Assembly: GCA_963924565.1 (NCBI GenBank)
Contig: OZ004612.1
Location: forward strand, 22,754,001-22,818,000
Direction: 5' to 3'
Source: Ascidiella aspersa
Lineage: Eukaryota
Length of the DNA: 64,000 nucleotides
Shown here: positions 24,726-36,526 of the stretch, in pieces
Position numbering within the stretch: the first letter of the stretch is position 1
Layout: each line of letters starts with the position of its first letter
Program-made: the position numbers and the translations under genes
The notes under the pieces: model-generated
Told to the model about the DNA's origin: nothing
Databases searched by the model: none
The model's input: the letters and a program-made list of their open reading frames with translations, nothing else

Positions 24726-25590
24726 TCTATCGCGTGCACATTTCAATCGTTTTTATAGAATTGTTTTTTTTTTTCTAAAAAAATCAATTAGTAAAGTTCT
24801 TAAAACGAAAATAATTGTCTCTTTCGACGCCGTCAAACTAGGCAGGAAAATCCCTCTGGCATTTGAAGCGAATTTGGCATTTACGTAATCCTCTGCGAAT
24901 TCGTCGCAATCTCTGTGGCATTAAGCTCGGTTAATCTATAAATACAATTTAACAAACTTCCACGTGAACAACGTCACACCAACTTAGACTACGAAGAAAT
25001 CTATCTAAACGGCACGATTGCGGCAAAACATCTCGTTTGTCGCATTTATAAGCTTCCCTTAAATGGTTAATCTCTTGATTTGCCACCACAGCTATTTCTA
25101 AATTCCAACATTTGAAATACATGCCCAAGTTTATTGTTTTATTCTTTATTTATTAGTTACAAAAGTTATCCGATTTAATGACTGTTAGGCATTAAGTCAC
25201 TTGATTACCAAAGATAACCTTTGGTTCCATTCGAGAAAGTTGAAATATTAGACATACGGCTAATTAATTCACGACACTGCATAACTCCTAGCGAAATTCG
25301 TATTTCCCTTTTGATAGCGACAAATGAGATTCCTTTACTTTTTCTTGACAACTTTTTCATCATTTATACTAAGCTATGTTTGCTGCTCCGCTGTTTACAC
25401 ATCAATATGTATTTATAACTTTCTCTAAATCTACAACTAATGCATGCCGTGCTCCATTTCTCACTGTAGGGTTAACCTAAAAACTAAACGTTCAACTATG
25501 TATGCTGTGTTCTGTAAAGGGAACATTTCTCTATATTCTGCTTCACTTTGAAACGAACTTCCAGTAGCGGCCTGCGACACACTCACTTAC

Positions 25591-26450
25591 AAAAGCATTC
25601 CGCACCCTTTTAAGCGGGGCAGGCTGCGCTAAAAAAACGACCGCGACAGTGGTCCCGCATCCAGCTGTGCGAGCATGGCCACTCTCACGTATCAACCCAT
25701 TCGATAGGGCAAAGGCAGCACAAGGCCTCGCTAACGTGAATAGTGAAACCGCCAGCACTTCCCCGAAACCGCTCCGACGGGTCGCCGCCAAACTGTACTG
25801 GCTCTGCTTCTGCTGCTCCTGCTCTCAGGCCGGACGACTTTCTCGCAAGTTCGCGCGCACTCGCAAATCAACAAGGCGCCGCTCGTGCGCGCTTCTCTAC
25901 TACGTTGTTTATAAGCCAGCCGAGATGGCACGATCAACTTTCCGGGCCCCGGGCTATTTTTCCGGACCTGGCCGATCCGGCTCACTTGCTTTCCGCCGCC
26001 GCCGCGCCCGCCAAGCAGCTGAACTGGCAGCTCAAGGTAGGTCGGGCGCTCATTGCAAGTCACTGACTCAGCGGCCTCGCGACAATGCCTCGTGGCGAGA
26101 TGGCGAACGCAGGAAATTGGGATTACGATTACAGACCAAAACAGATTTTCGTGTTCGCGTCGTGCGCCTCTTTGCCTCGCAGATGACGGAGCTTCGCTCT
26201 TTTTCGAGTTGGCAAATTGTTGCCTTGTTTGTGACGTCTCGTTGCTATCGGAATGCGACTAGAGTTGCCAAAACAGCTCGACCCATACACTGCTGATGAG
26301 TCGCCAATTCGATTGCAGTCATTCTTCTTTTTATCCATTTAACTGTAATCGAGATAGCTTTCATGACGTAATCATCGCGCGGAGCGCTTATGTATAGTTT
26401 GTACACGATTTATGCACGACGGTTTTTGACTGAGTGACCTTTTGCATACC
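25591..26450 (-). promoter_or_regulatory. GC/CpG-rich promoter and non-coding first exon of the BTB gene
   Basis: Local GC and CpG enrichment. Minus-strand TATAAA at 25908-25913. Donor gtaagt at 25590-25585 and acceptor tttatag at 24938-24936. bZIP-type sites: TGACTCAGC 26064-26072, GTGACGTCT about 26231, ATGACGTAAT about 26363-26372. Confidence 0.6.
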
Positions 26451-29400
26451 ATTTCTGCCACTGTCTTAGTGAATTTCTATCACGCAATCCACAAACAAGC
26501 AATCGACACAGGCTTAGAAGATTTCATTTGCAGAATGTCGCAGTTAATCTGATTATACCAGCACGGCTTTTAATAAATGGCGTACCCTTCCGCGCGGAAA
26601 ACACAAGACTTTATATATATATTTTTTTTCTCATATTCTTGCCAAGACGTTCGGATCACGATTTCACTGTAAAATCTTTAAAAAAAATCCAAACTTCGAC
26701 TTGCAATCCACATGCGGCTCTTTAACCATTTTTATGCGGCTCTTCCTTAGGTTGCATTTTCGTTTTTGTGGAGTTTCAGTGTTGTTTATTTTCTTGTCAT
26801 TCTTTTCTGTTTTGTATATTTAGCGCAAAAGTGTTTTCGCTTTGCGCGAAACTCGATTAACTTTCCATGTTTTGACAAATATTGTGATAAAAGCGCGTGC
26901 ATCTGATGATTGCTAACTAAGAAGACGAATTATTTTGTCACCCTACCCTTGAATCCATTCATGCTGGATTTCTGTTGCATATTTGCGCGCAAGACTTATT
27001 TGATGGCTGATGTTTTTACCATGCCCTAAAACTAACTTATGGGATCCATCCCTGATCAAGTCTTAGGGTAATATTGATTTCTGTCCGTGTGCCGTGTGTA
27101 AGGTGTGGCTCATTGTGGTTAATCAGCAAGTGAGAAATGTGGATTTAGTCTCTGACTGGTTGGCCACCCCTTGTTCTATTATATATACCCTTTGTATATA
27201 TATAGAGAGAGTAAACAAAGTAAACTTTAATTTCATGAAACTAAAAACACCGATGTCCATATAATAAGCCAGACTGCTACTCGTTTAGACGAACACGAAT
27301 TACATTAAGAAAAATTACAACGAGCTAAACAAGTCACAAATATACTAAATCTACAGTAAATCACGAAAAAGTGAGGTTCTCTCGAAAAGTGAGGTACAAC
27401 AATACGGCATAAAAAACAGAAAATGGTATTTAGAATGATTTATTTTTGCAATGGTATTTTTCTTAATATTTTGAGCTGTTAAAATTTTCACGTTATTCGT
27501 ACGGGTAAAAAAGGCAATTCTCTTCGCAAAACGGATTCGGTAATGAACAAATATTACACTTCAAAAGTCAATGCCAAGCTACATAAATCAACTTTCTCTT
27601 TACTGTTCTATTCTTCGCGATAACTGCGTTGATCCGTGAAGGCGAGTGGACTGACAGACGGTGATTGGCCGACCTGTTACAGATTTTAACTGAACAGCGC
27701 GTTTATAGCGTGTAATTAGCGTCAGCGATGAAATGATTCATCTGCAAAAAAGCAATGCCGGCCGACGCAACAGCACGTCTAAATGCAACCGGCAATTAGT
27801 CCATTTCATCATAAAAGCCTTAGCGCCATGCCATTTACGAGACACGAGACCACCAGTGCAATTAATATATGGAGACAGATGACCACCTCGTTTGGCCTGC
27901 GTTGGTTTTCAAGGATACTTGAAAGTTTAAAGGTTACCGACCTATTTATATACTGACTAACCATATTTTGTTTTTGACATAATCGGAGTAAATTTTTTTT
28001 ATATATATAAAAGCCATTATGATGAAGTTTAAATTACCATTTATAACATTTTAAATGAAGCTTTTTTGTAGAAAGTTCATATAAAGTGCTAAAGATTTGA
28101 TTTAACAATGATATCTTAAGGATATCCGACAGTTTACTGCCACTTTTTATCTATGCATAATCTAATGTTACCCTAACAGAAAAGCACCCATACGAAATGA
28201 CGGCCTGATGTAGAAAAACTATGGACTACATAAATCTAACAACATTTAAACGTTATCATAACCATTAAAACATCCCGACGACGTTATACTAAATTTCACC
28301 GACGACGTTATACTAAATTTTATTTCAAGCGTATATGCAACGTAAGAACATCGTAGCTTATGAATATGCTGTTGCTGCCAGGCATTGTAGACTGTAGTGG
28401 CTATTATTTTGAAAATGTCCTCTTTGCCAGAACAATAGCAAACAAACTAAAGTCGTGTTGAACAAAAAACAGTAAATGCTTTCTCTACTATTGAGTTTTT
28501 AATATCATTTGGCCGAGGCAATGGAAGAAGGTTAAAATTACGTTTGAACAAGTGTGGATGGTAATGGCAAAGGATTGCGTTTCAACCGAAATCAAGTCGC
28601 TTTTAGTTTCAAAAGGAATTAGAGTTCGGCCTGAAATAGGCAGTAAAGTTAGTCCTTACTCATCAATGCTATCGCGTGCGGGTTGTCCCCATGAAACCCG
28701 ATAAGTCTGCGGTCGTTAAACATGGTCTGTTATTCATTTACATAAAAGCATGAATAGCTGATTCACTCTGTGTTTTTTTTAAATGAATCAACCAGTCTAT
28801 TCCGTGTTGAAATGTGCATCGTTCAAGGAGATCTCTTACAAACGACTTGCAATGTAAGCCAAACGGCTTTGCAAAGAAAAACTATAGATATAATCCATTG
28901 CATATATCTGGGCGGCAAACAGGCAAATCGTTATATTCAACACACGGGAGCCCTGGGATACACCAGATGAGAAATTAGGGATAAGATGCACAAACCACAA
29001 ACCTCAATGAGATTAAAACAAAGGATCCGAGCTTATTTTAAAATAGACGGAGCCCGGCAAATTTACGCCAACGCCTTCGAGGTACTATTCAAGCACGTAA
29101 GCTATAGTCTCGTTAGCCCGAATAGATTATCACGATTCACTCTACAGTACACTCTTTCCATTAAGCATATTTGGTTGATTCCTTTTCCATTAAGCATATT
29201 TGGTTGATTTTTCTTTCAATGTAACTATTTTCGGTCATTTATTTTAAACAAAATAATAATAAATTTGTTATTCCATGGTATATAGCTTACCTGCATTTTT
29301 TATTAACTAACTTAAAGTGTCATTTTTTTTTTTTTTTTCTGACTTTTTTGTGGCTTAAGAATCATAGCGTTTTCTGAATTAAAGTTGTTTGCCAACATTA

Positions 29401-32400
29401 ACTAGACCACTGACGTTAAACTATACCTTAAAGTACAGAAAGGTTTCCTAATTGGACAATTCCCTTACTAGGTCCAGATGTGAAAGTAGAAATTTTCTAC
29501 CAAAACAATGAAAATTTTCTAATCGGAACTCGTGACAATTTTAAAAGATGATGTCGCCAAATAGTCTTATATCGGGACATCTAAAGTCCAATCTTATAAA
29601 ACCTAAGGTTATTTTTGATGTCGTGTACAAATATGCAACTAAATCTTGATGGTGGGATAGCCTGCAAAAAAAAGGGACATGGAAAACTGAACATATTTTA
29701 CGCGGAAAATAAAATTTTAGAAATCCGTTCCGACAACAAATATTTTATCAGAACTCAGTCCTGGACCTTTTCGTCTTACTTTAACCACCTACGATGTCTA
29801 CTATATAGTTTTAGACGTTATTTTAGGTTCTTAAAGTTTTATTTATTGCGTCATGTTAACGCAAATTCGTACTATATCTAAAAATTATCAAGCCTCCTAT
29901 TTATGGCATGGGTAATGTTGTAAACAAGTCATTTCAAATGCATTATTCTCAGTTAAGTCAAAACAATTTTCACAAAAAAGTTATTTAATTAAAAATTTGA
30001 TTAGTTTTTCCTTGTTCAAATCGTTTCAGTCAAGTAAAAGTCAAATTGCCCAAGTCAGGTTAAGTCATTTGAAAACAGTGACTAAAGTTCACTTAAGTCA
30101 AGAAATTGACTTCAGTCATTTCTCATTAGAACATATATAGGGTAACTTCTAGCTATATTGGTATATTGTGATATTGTTTGTTCGGCGCGGAATCGCTCCT
30201 TTATATAAACCTAAGGTGTAATGAAGATTCCGGACAAGATATAAATTAAAACCAGTTTTCATTGATTCTTATCGCTACCGTATATCCTGATTACTACAGG
30301 ATTAGATTCACGTAACACCCGTAATCCGCATAAACTATAACGTGATAACCGGTAGGAATATCCAAAACGTGATACAAAACGACGAAAAGCAAGGTCTACT
30401 AAAAAATAAGTCTTTACTGGGTTCTTCCCAGAAAGGGTATATTGTTAGAAATAAGGATTTACGAAAATATCTAATTTAAAGTCGTTACCCAACCCTAATA
30501 TTGTTATTGGTAATCGCCCTATACAGGCTATAGCATAAAAGGGTATACTGATAGTAGAGGGTACTGGGTTATCAAATATATGTACATTTCAGCATCACAA
30601 TTCAACTCAAGTCTTTCAATCTTAAAAAGAAACTTTTAGAAATTATTTAGTAACAAGCAATCGAAGTTAACTAAACTCTCTTGGCGCAAAAACAACCTTT
30701 AGCTGAGTATCCAAAAAACAACTTTGTTTTTGTTAATTATAATAAATGTTGACTATTTGATCACATTGATGGCATTAATTGGAATCGGACGGCCGTTATT
30801 TTTGTCTAAATTTTAGGGCATTTGGTTTGTAGAAATAATATAAAGTATAGGACAATAATAATAGAGACCATACCTTTTGCCGATTTTCAGTCCTAGTGGT
30901 TTAATCAAACGAGTTCTAAAAGACCCGACCCGGGGCAAATTGTCGCCCCCAACCGTTATCAAAATGTGCAATGTCACTGTCGATGTTATGCCTATACCAG
31001 AATGCGGAAAAATAAGCAAGTCACGATTACAATCGGTATCAAACGCAGGTTTTTCAACCGGAATGTCGTAACGTCAAAGCTCGTGGATTTAATGATTAAA
31101 TTATCGCAAGACTTGAAATTAAATACAAACCTAAAGAAGGTTTATAGGTATATAACAAAAACGAAATATATACCTGTTATATTAATTTTACAAGAACATA
31201 ATAATAGGTTAAACTAAACTAGTCAAAATGTCTTATTTTTAGTCTTTAAAAGGAACGTGTAAAACAAAGTCACAGCATTATATGTTACTTTGTTTTGATG
31301 AACTCTTGAGCACATGTGCGCAGTTCAAATTTCTATTACCAACTTGCTTTATTTCGCTCGCTTTTACTGAGTTCTGTCATTTTCCACAGACATAAGATAA
31401 ACGCTTGGCTTACGCTGCGCGAAGCATTTGACATTCGGTATTACAGAACCGCTTAAAATTCCCAAGTCTCTAGGTTTTTCGGAAATTCGCTTCAAAAACA
31501 TGACTTTGGAGTGTCGGCGGTTACCAAGTCTGCTGTGTGGTCAGTAAAATTCCAAAACGGTCAGAAAAGCGGTTCTAATCCTTCATCAATTAGGCGAAAA
31601 GTCCCTTATACTCAATGAATTTCGCCAAAGGAAGGCAGTTTAGCGATAAGCTTTGATCTCTTTTTGACGTCCTGCTATTCGCAAGTACAAAGCCGCTAAC
31701 ATAAGCAAAACTCATCTTACACTTGGTTGATTGAAGCTTAGAAGATATCGAGTGTAAAGCGGGACACGCCCAGCTTAATCCGTTGCGGGTATTGACAACG
31801 CTTTATAACGGCATTCGGTTCCGACTTACAGAAACCAAAACAAGAATTGTTATTGTCTGGCGCAACCGCCAGCCTTAAGCCACTCGTGTCATTTCGATAA
31901 ATCCATGTCACCGACTTAGCGGAGAAGCGGTTGAACAGGATTTTTCGCGACACATTCTAGTGGTACAAATATGTCTCGAATCACGTTCAGTTATATGTAC
32001 GTGTGTACATCGTTTGATCTCAAAGGAGATAACCGCAAAACGCGTACCTTATTATTTGGTGTAGAGGTTATAAGTCCAATAACCAAAATGTAAGCCGCAA
32101 TACTAAATCATGGTATGACGGCTCTTACAAAGTGCTAAGCTATACACTGATGCAAAAATATAAGCCGAAATAACAAAAACCTAACAAATACTTGAGATAA
32201 ACATTGGTGGTTTAAAACATAATTTTAGGGGCCATGAACTTGCCAAATATCTTTCACCCAAATACCATATACGACATATAACATTTGTACCAATGTAGGT
32301 CATAGTATCAAGGTACTGCCTATCAAAAATTGCCTTTTAAAGCGGCTTCGTAGCAGACAAAGCTTATGATGGATAAGCATTTAACAAATGAGGACTTTTT

Positions 32401-33849
32401 GTTGCTCTGTTATTTAAAGCACCAGAAGTTCCACCGCCATAACTTCCTTTTCGCCTTTATGCTTATTCGCGTGGAGGTCATTCAATTTCCATAAGCACTC
32501 AAAAGAAAACGGGGCCTTGTCTATAATGATCGACCGTGGTATTATACAATCCTACAAAGCGAGATGGCAATCGCCCAAACCGGCAAACAACGTGTAGCCG
32601 TTTTCCAGCAACGTCGATCGGGCGCGTATCAGCAAGTGGGCGCGAAGTTTGCGGTATGTCGATTTTCTGGTTAGACCTGCTTTGCTCCTTGTGCCTTCAC
32701 TGCTTGTGTGCCGCGCGCGCCGTTCGAAAACCACTTCCCCTGACCTATTTTGTGTCGACGGTAACGTTAAAGTTACTCTTTTAAACTAACTCTTTGCCGC
32801 AGCACCTTGGGTGTTTTCTAAACTTCTGCAATGCCTGAATGCCTGTTAGAGTTGCTCGGTTGAAACTACAGCCTTATTTCCCGCTTTGGTTTTGCGACCC
32901 GTTCCTTGCCATACTGGTTTGCCGCATATCACAGACGTTCGGGATTTTGGGCAAGCGACTTTCCCCAAAGCGTTTATCGGATTTCGGGCTGCTGTTGCTC
33001 CGAATGGCGATCGTTGTAAGAAATTCATGAGACAGTGTAATATTATGCTTTGCAACCTCTATGATTTTAACAAACCAAATATAAAACAAATGTATGCATC
33101 TCGTTTACATTTTTACGTTTAAATTTGTATGTAAAATAGCCATCTCTTAGTCTGGTTTCCCTTTCGTTCTTAACGCGCATGACAAGTATGATTCAAATTG
33201 TTACAAAGTGTAGGCTACTATTGGTAAACTAGTATTGAGAACAGCACTTACCTTATAATGATGGTTTATGCTTACTTTTTATATTGTAGCTAATAGAATG
33301 TTGTAGCTAATAGAATTCGATTGTATAATTGGTTTTCCGGCAAAAATTTATTAAAGTTTCGACCACATATTTGGCCAACGTTTTGACTATACCTATTCGG
33401 GCAATATTCTTGGTCATTGAGTTAGGTATTTGCCTTCAAATGTAAACTAACAATTTGCAATTTTAAATCTTCAAAAAATACAACGAGAAATCTGCAGTAC
33501 TTACATCACCACTCATACCAACAATATGTGTCTGGCAAAACAATGATTTTTTATGCTTAGTGTATCGAAATCGGGGTATATGCCTACTTAGAAGCTGGCG
33601 TCAAGCGTTTTGATGCAGTCCAACGACTGAGGTAACCTAGACAGGTCAAAAGTACGTCTTGGAAGAAGCCAATGATCTCGATTGCGATACAACTCTCCCT
33701 CTGTCAGCGGGTTTATTGCTACATAGTATTTCGCGGAACCCATCTCGTGAGAACCCCCCAGAAAAACTAGTTCTGCATATTTTATTGGTATACCTAGTAG
33801 GATGATTAATTTGTTGGCGGCTGCAAAGACTGCAACTGTATCAAGTGAC

Positions 33850-34314
33850 AAAGATCAGAGTCTTTCATTTTGAAACGACTAAAGTCCAAATCAAGTATTT
33901 TATAAACCAACTTAATTAAGTCAAGGTTTTTGTAAAAGAATTCAAGTCTAAGACAAGTATTTTTAAATAAATAACAAGTCAAGTCATAGCCTAATTAAAG
34001 ACAGTCAATTTCAAGTCCCCATTGAAATTGGTCAGCTCGTCTGATTGTTATCAATAAATCAAGTAAAATAGCAAGTAGGCCTAAATAGTTTAAGATAAAA
34101 CCCAATTTTACGAATTATGCTTAATGAAAACATTTCATTTCAACCCAATCATTTGTCCAAAAGACTTGAGTCAAGTCAGGCTATTTGTCCAAATGACTTA
34201 CATCAAGTAAAGTCAAGTCATTTGTCCAAAAGACTTAAGTCAAGTCAAGCAATTTAAAAATAGTTACTTTAGTACACTTTAGTCATGTCATTAGCTTAAG
34301 TCATTACAACACTA
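33850..34314. repeat. AAGTC-rich interspersed element (other copies about 29910-30130, 42282-43782, 49335-49705)
   Basis: Arrays of (c)aagtc and gacttaagtc with a common 3' end aagtcattacaacact(g/a). Confidence 0.75.
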
Positions 34315-35664
34315 CCTCGTTGTTATTTTTCAGTATAAGTGCAATTAACTGTATTAGTTTTGTTTTGTAACCATTTATCTTGACTCAGCATTCAGGACTG
34401 GCGATCTTACAGATTAATCAGCACGAATCTGTGCCGGCGCCTTACAAGCTGCGAGCGCTTGAATGTCTTTGTTTGCTGATATCTGGTTTGGATGAATGCA
34501 CGTTCGGGCGTCGATAGTTATCGTGGAGTCATAAGCTGGGTCAACGGGTCACCGCAAAGCCCGTTATGGATGATTTTATTTGTGAGTAAAGATAACTTGG
34601 AAGAAAATACAAGAATGCGCAATTTTACTCGAGATTTACAAATGTATGAGTGCTTCCGCTAAAAAGAGTAATGAAAAGTATATGGAAATATTTCTCTAAT
34701 TCAGACTTTTTTCGCTAAATAGTTAACAAAATTAGTTTGTGACCAAAATAGTCCGTACACTTTTGCAAATATATTTGACCATATCCGTAGACAACTTCTC
34801 GAGAATACAGACGATTTCTTATTTTATATGCAAATTATCTATAGATTTCTTAAAATAACGCGGGCCACCAACAGATCACAGAAGAAGTGATAACAATCGA
34901 TAAATCAATCATGCTTGATTGGACGTAAATGTATACAGCCTGTCTTCGACTATTTTTAAACTTTAAAGTTTCTCAACGGTCCCGCAACGAACTTGACTTT
35001 AATTGAATAGCTTTCTATTTCCCTCTTTTTAAAAGGGAGCGAGCTGTATTACTATATTTCACTTTTAATTTTGTGATTGCTATAACCACATGTGGTCGCT
35101 TGTTTAGCTTTTATGCTGTTTATTTGCTTTCATAAAAAACACACATGTCGCATGTGTAGTTAAGTAGATATTAAAGTTTTATCAAACAATACCTACTGAA
35201 TGCAACCTTTTCCCATTTAGCTTTTTAAACAACTACTGTTCGAAATTTGCGCACGAGTTCGCTCGAAACAGCAGGTTTGTTAATTTATTTGTTTTAGGAC
35301 GCCACGCTACAACGTAGACTATACCGTAGTGACTTATTTTATAAAATAATTGTAGTCTACCTGAAACGACAATTCCAGACCCACCACTGGTTGCTCCGTC
35401 AGAAATTGAACCTTGCGAAGAAAATCTTTAGCTGGTCAAAAGAATTTTGCATTATGGAGCTGACTTAACCGACAAAATTACATTTGGAAGAAACTTTGCT
35501 TTTGGTAAATAAATATCTGGGATGAAGTGAGGGCACAATTTAGGGCGTGGTAGAGTACAGGTTAAGAAGTCGCCAATTTTTGGATCAATTTATTTTTGAT
35601 ACAAATTTTAAACACTTGGTTGCAAAGGGCTACACTATCAAGCACAAAGTCACCACGCTGACAT

Positions 35665-35870
35665 AAGCGGAGCCGGAATCGGGTATCGTTTAGAAAATCA
35701 GGGTATCGGTATCAGGTATGGGGTATCGGTTAAAAAAATTCGGGGTATCGGTATCGGGTATCGGTTGGAAAAAAACACAAAAAAATCGGGGTATCGGTTA
35801 AAAAACCTAAAAAAGGGGATCGGTATCAAATATTGCTTGAAAAAAAAACAACTTCGGGGTATCGGCATCA
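35665..35870. repeat. Degenerate gggtatcggt array (MITE subterminal remnant)
   Basis: About 10 copies of ggtatcgg(t) separated by A tracts. Confidence 0.7.
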
Positions 35871-36526
35871 GAAACTTGGGTAACTATACAGCTGAGAATC
35901 TTAAGTTGGTTAGAAGAAATACTTTCTTTTACATTTGCTTAGCACATACATGGACCATAGATGGTAATAGATATAAATAAATAGTGTCTGACCTGAATTA
36001 GCCTACTAGCTTTGCTAGAGTATTCTGCTGTTACTGATAAAGAATTAACTAACGCTTATCTTGGAAGGGTCAAGGTGAACTATTGGCGATTTAGTTAACT
36101 CTATTAAAGACAGTAACAGTAACAAGGCTTTTGTTTATGTATCATACGACTATTTATGGATCGGGTTAGGGAAATACCTTGTAATTTTAAAATGTTAATA
36201 AAACACTGTTTCTGTGAAATATAGAAAACACTGTTTCTGGGAAGAAATATTTCAGAATGCTCTTTTTTCAAAAAATCCTAAAATATCTGTTTTTCATTCA
36301 GCTAATTTAGCATCTAATACTAACTTCAAGAGTTGATAAAAATGTACGTCAAACTTTTTAAGCCGAAATTTCGTAAGATGAGGTCTATATACTAACATGT
36401 GTGTTTTTCGACCGAATAATTTTCGAAATAAAAGATGAACAAATTCTAAAGCAATTCAACAAGCTTTTATTGTACACTTTCAGCGCAAATTATTGACACG
36501 AAAGTTTTTAGGATCGTTCCGGAGTT

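Noticed and set aside
25649-26296. 215-aa plus-strand ORF and overlapping ORFs in the GC-rich island
   Set aside because: Arg/Ala/Ser-rich with a non-ATG start and no family motif. Best explained by stop-codon scarcity in a GC-rich promoter.
33588-33851. 87-aa minus-strand ORF in the gene-free region
   Set aside because: No recognisable domain, ATG start or consistent splice partners.
33900-34310. AAGTC and GGTATC arrays as CRISPR-like or satellite systems
   Set aside because: No constant repeat with unique spacers. They are subterminal repeats of a multi-copy MITE family in eukaryotic DNA.
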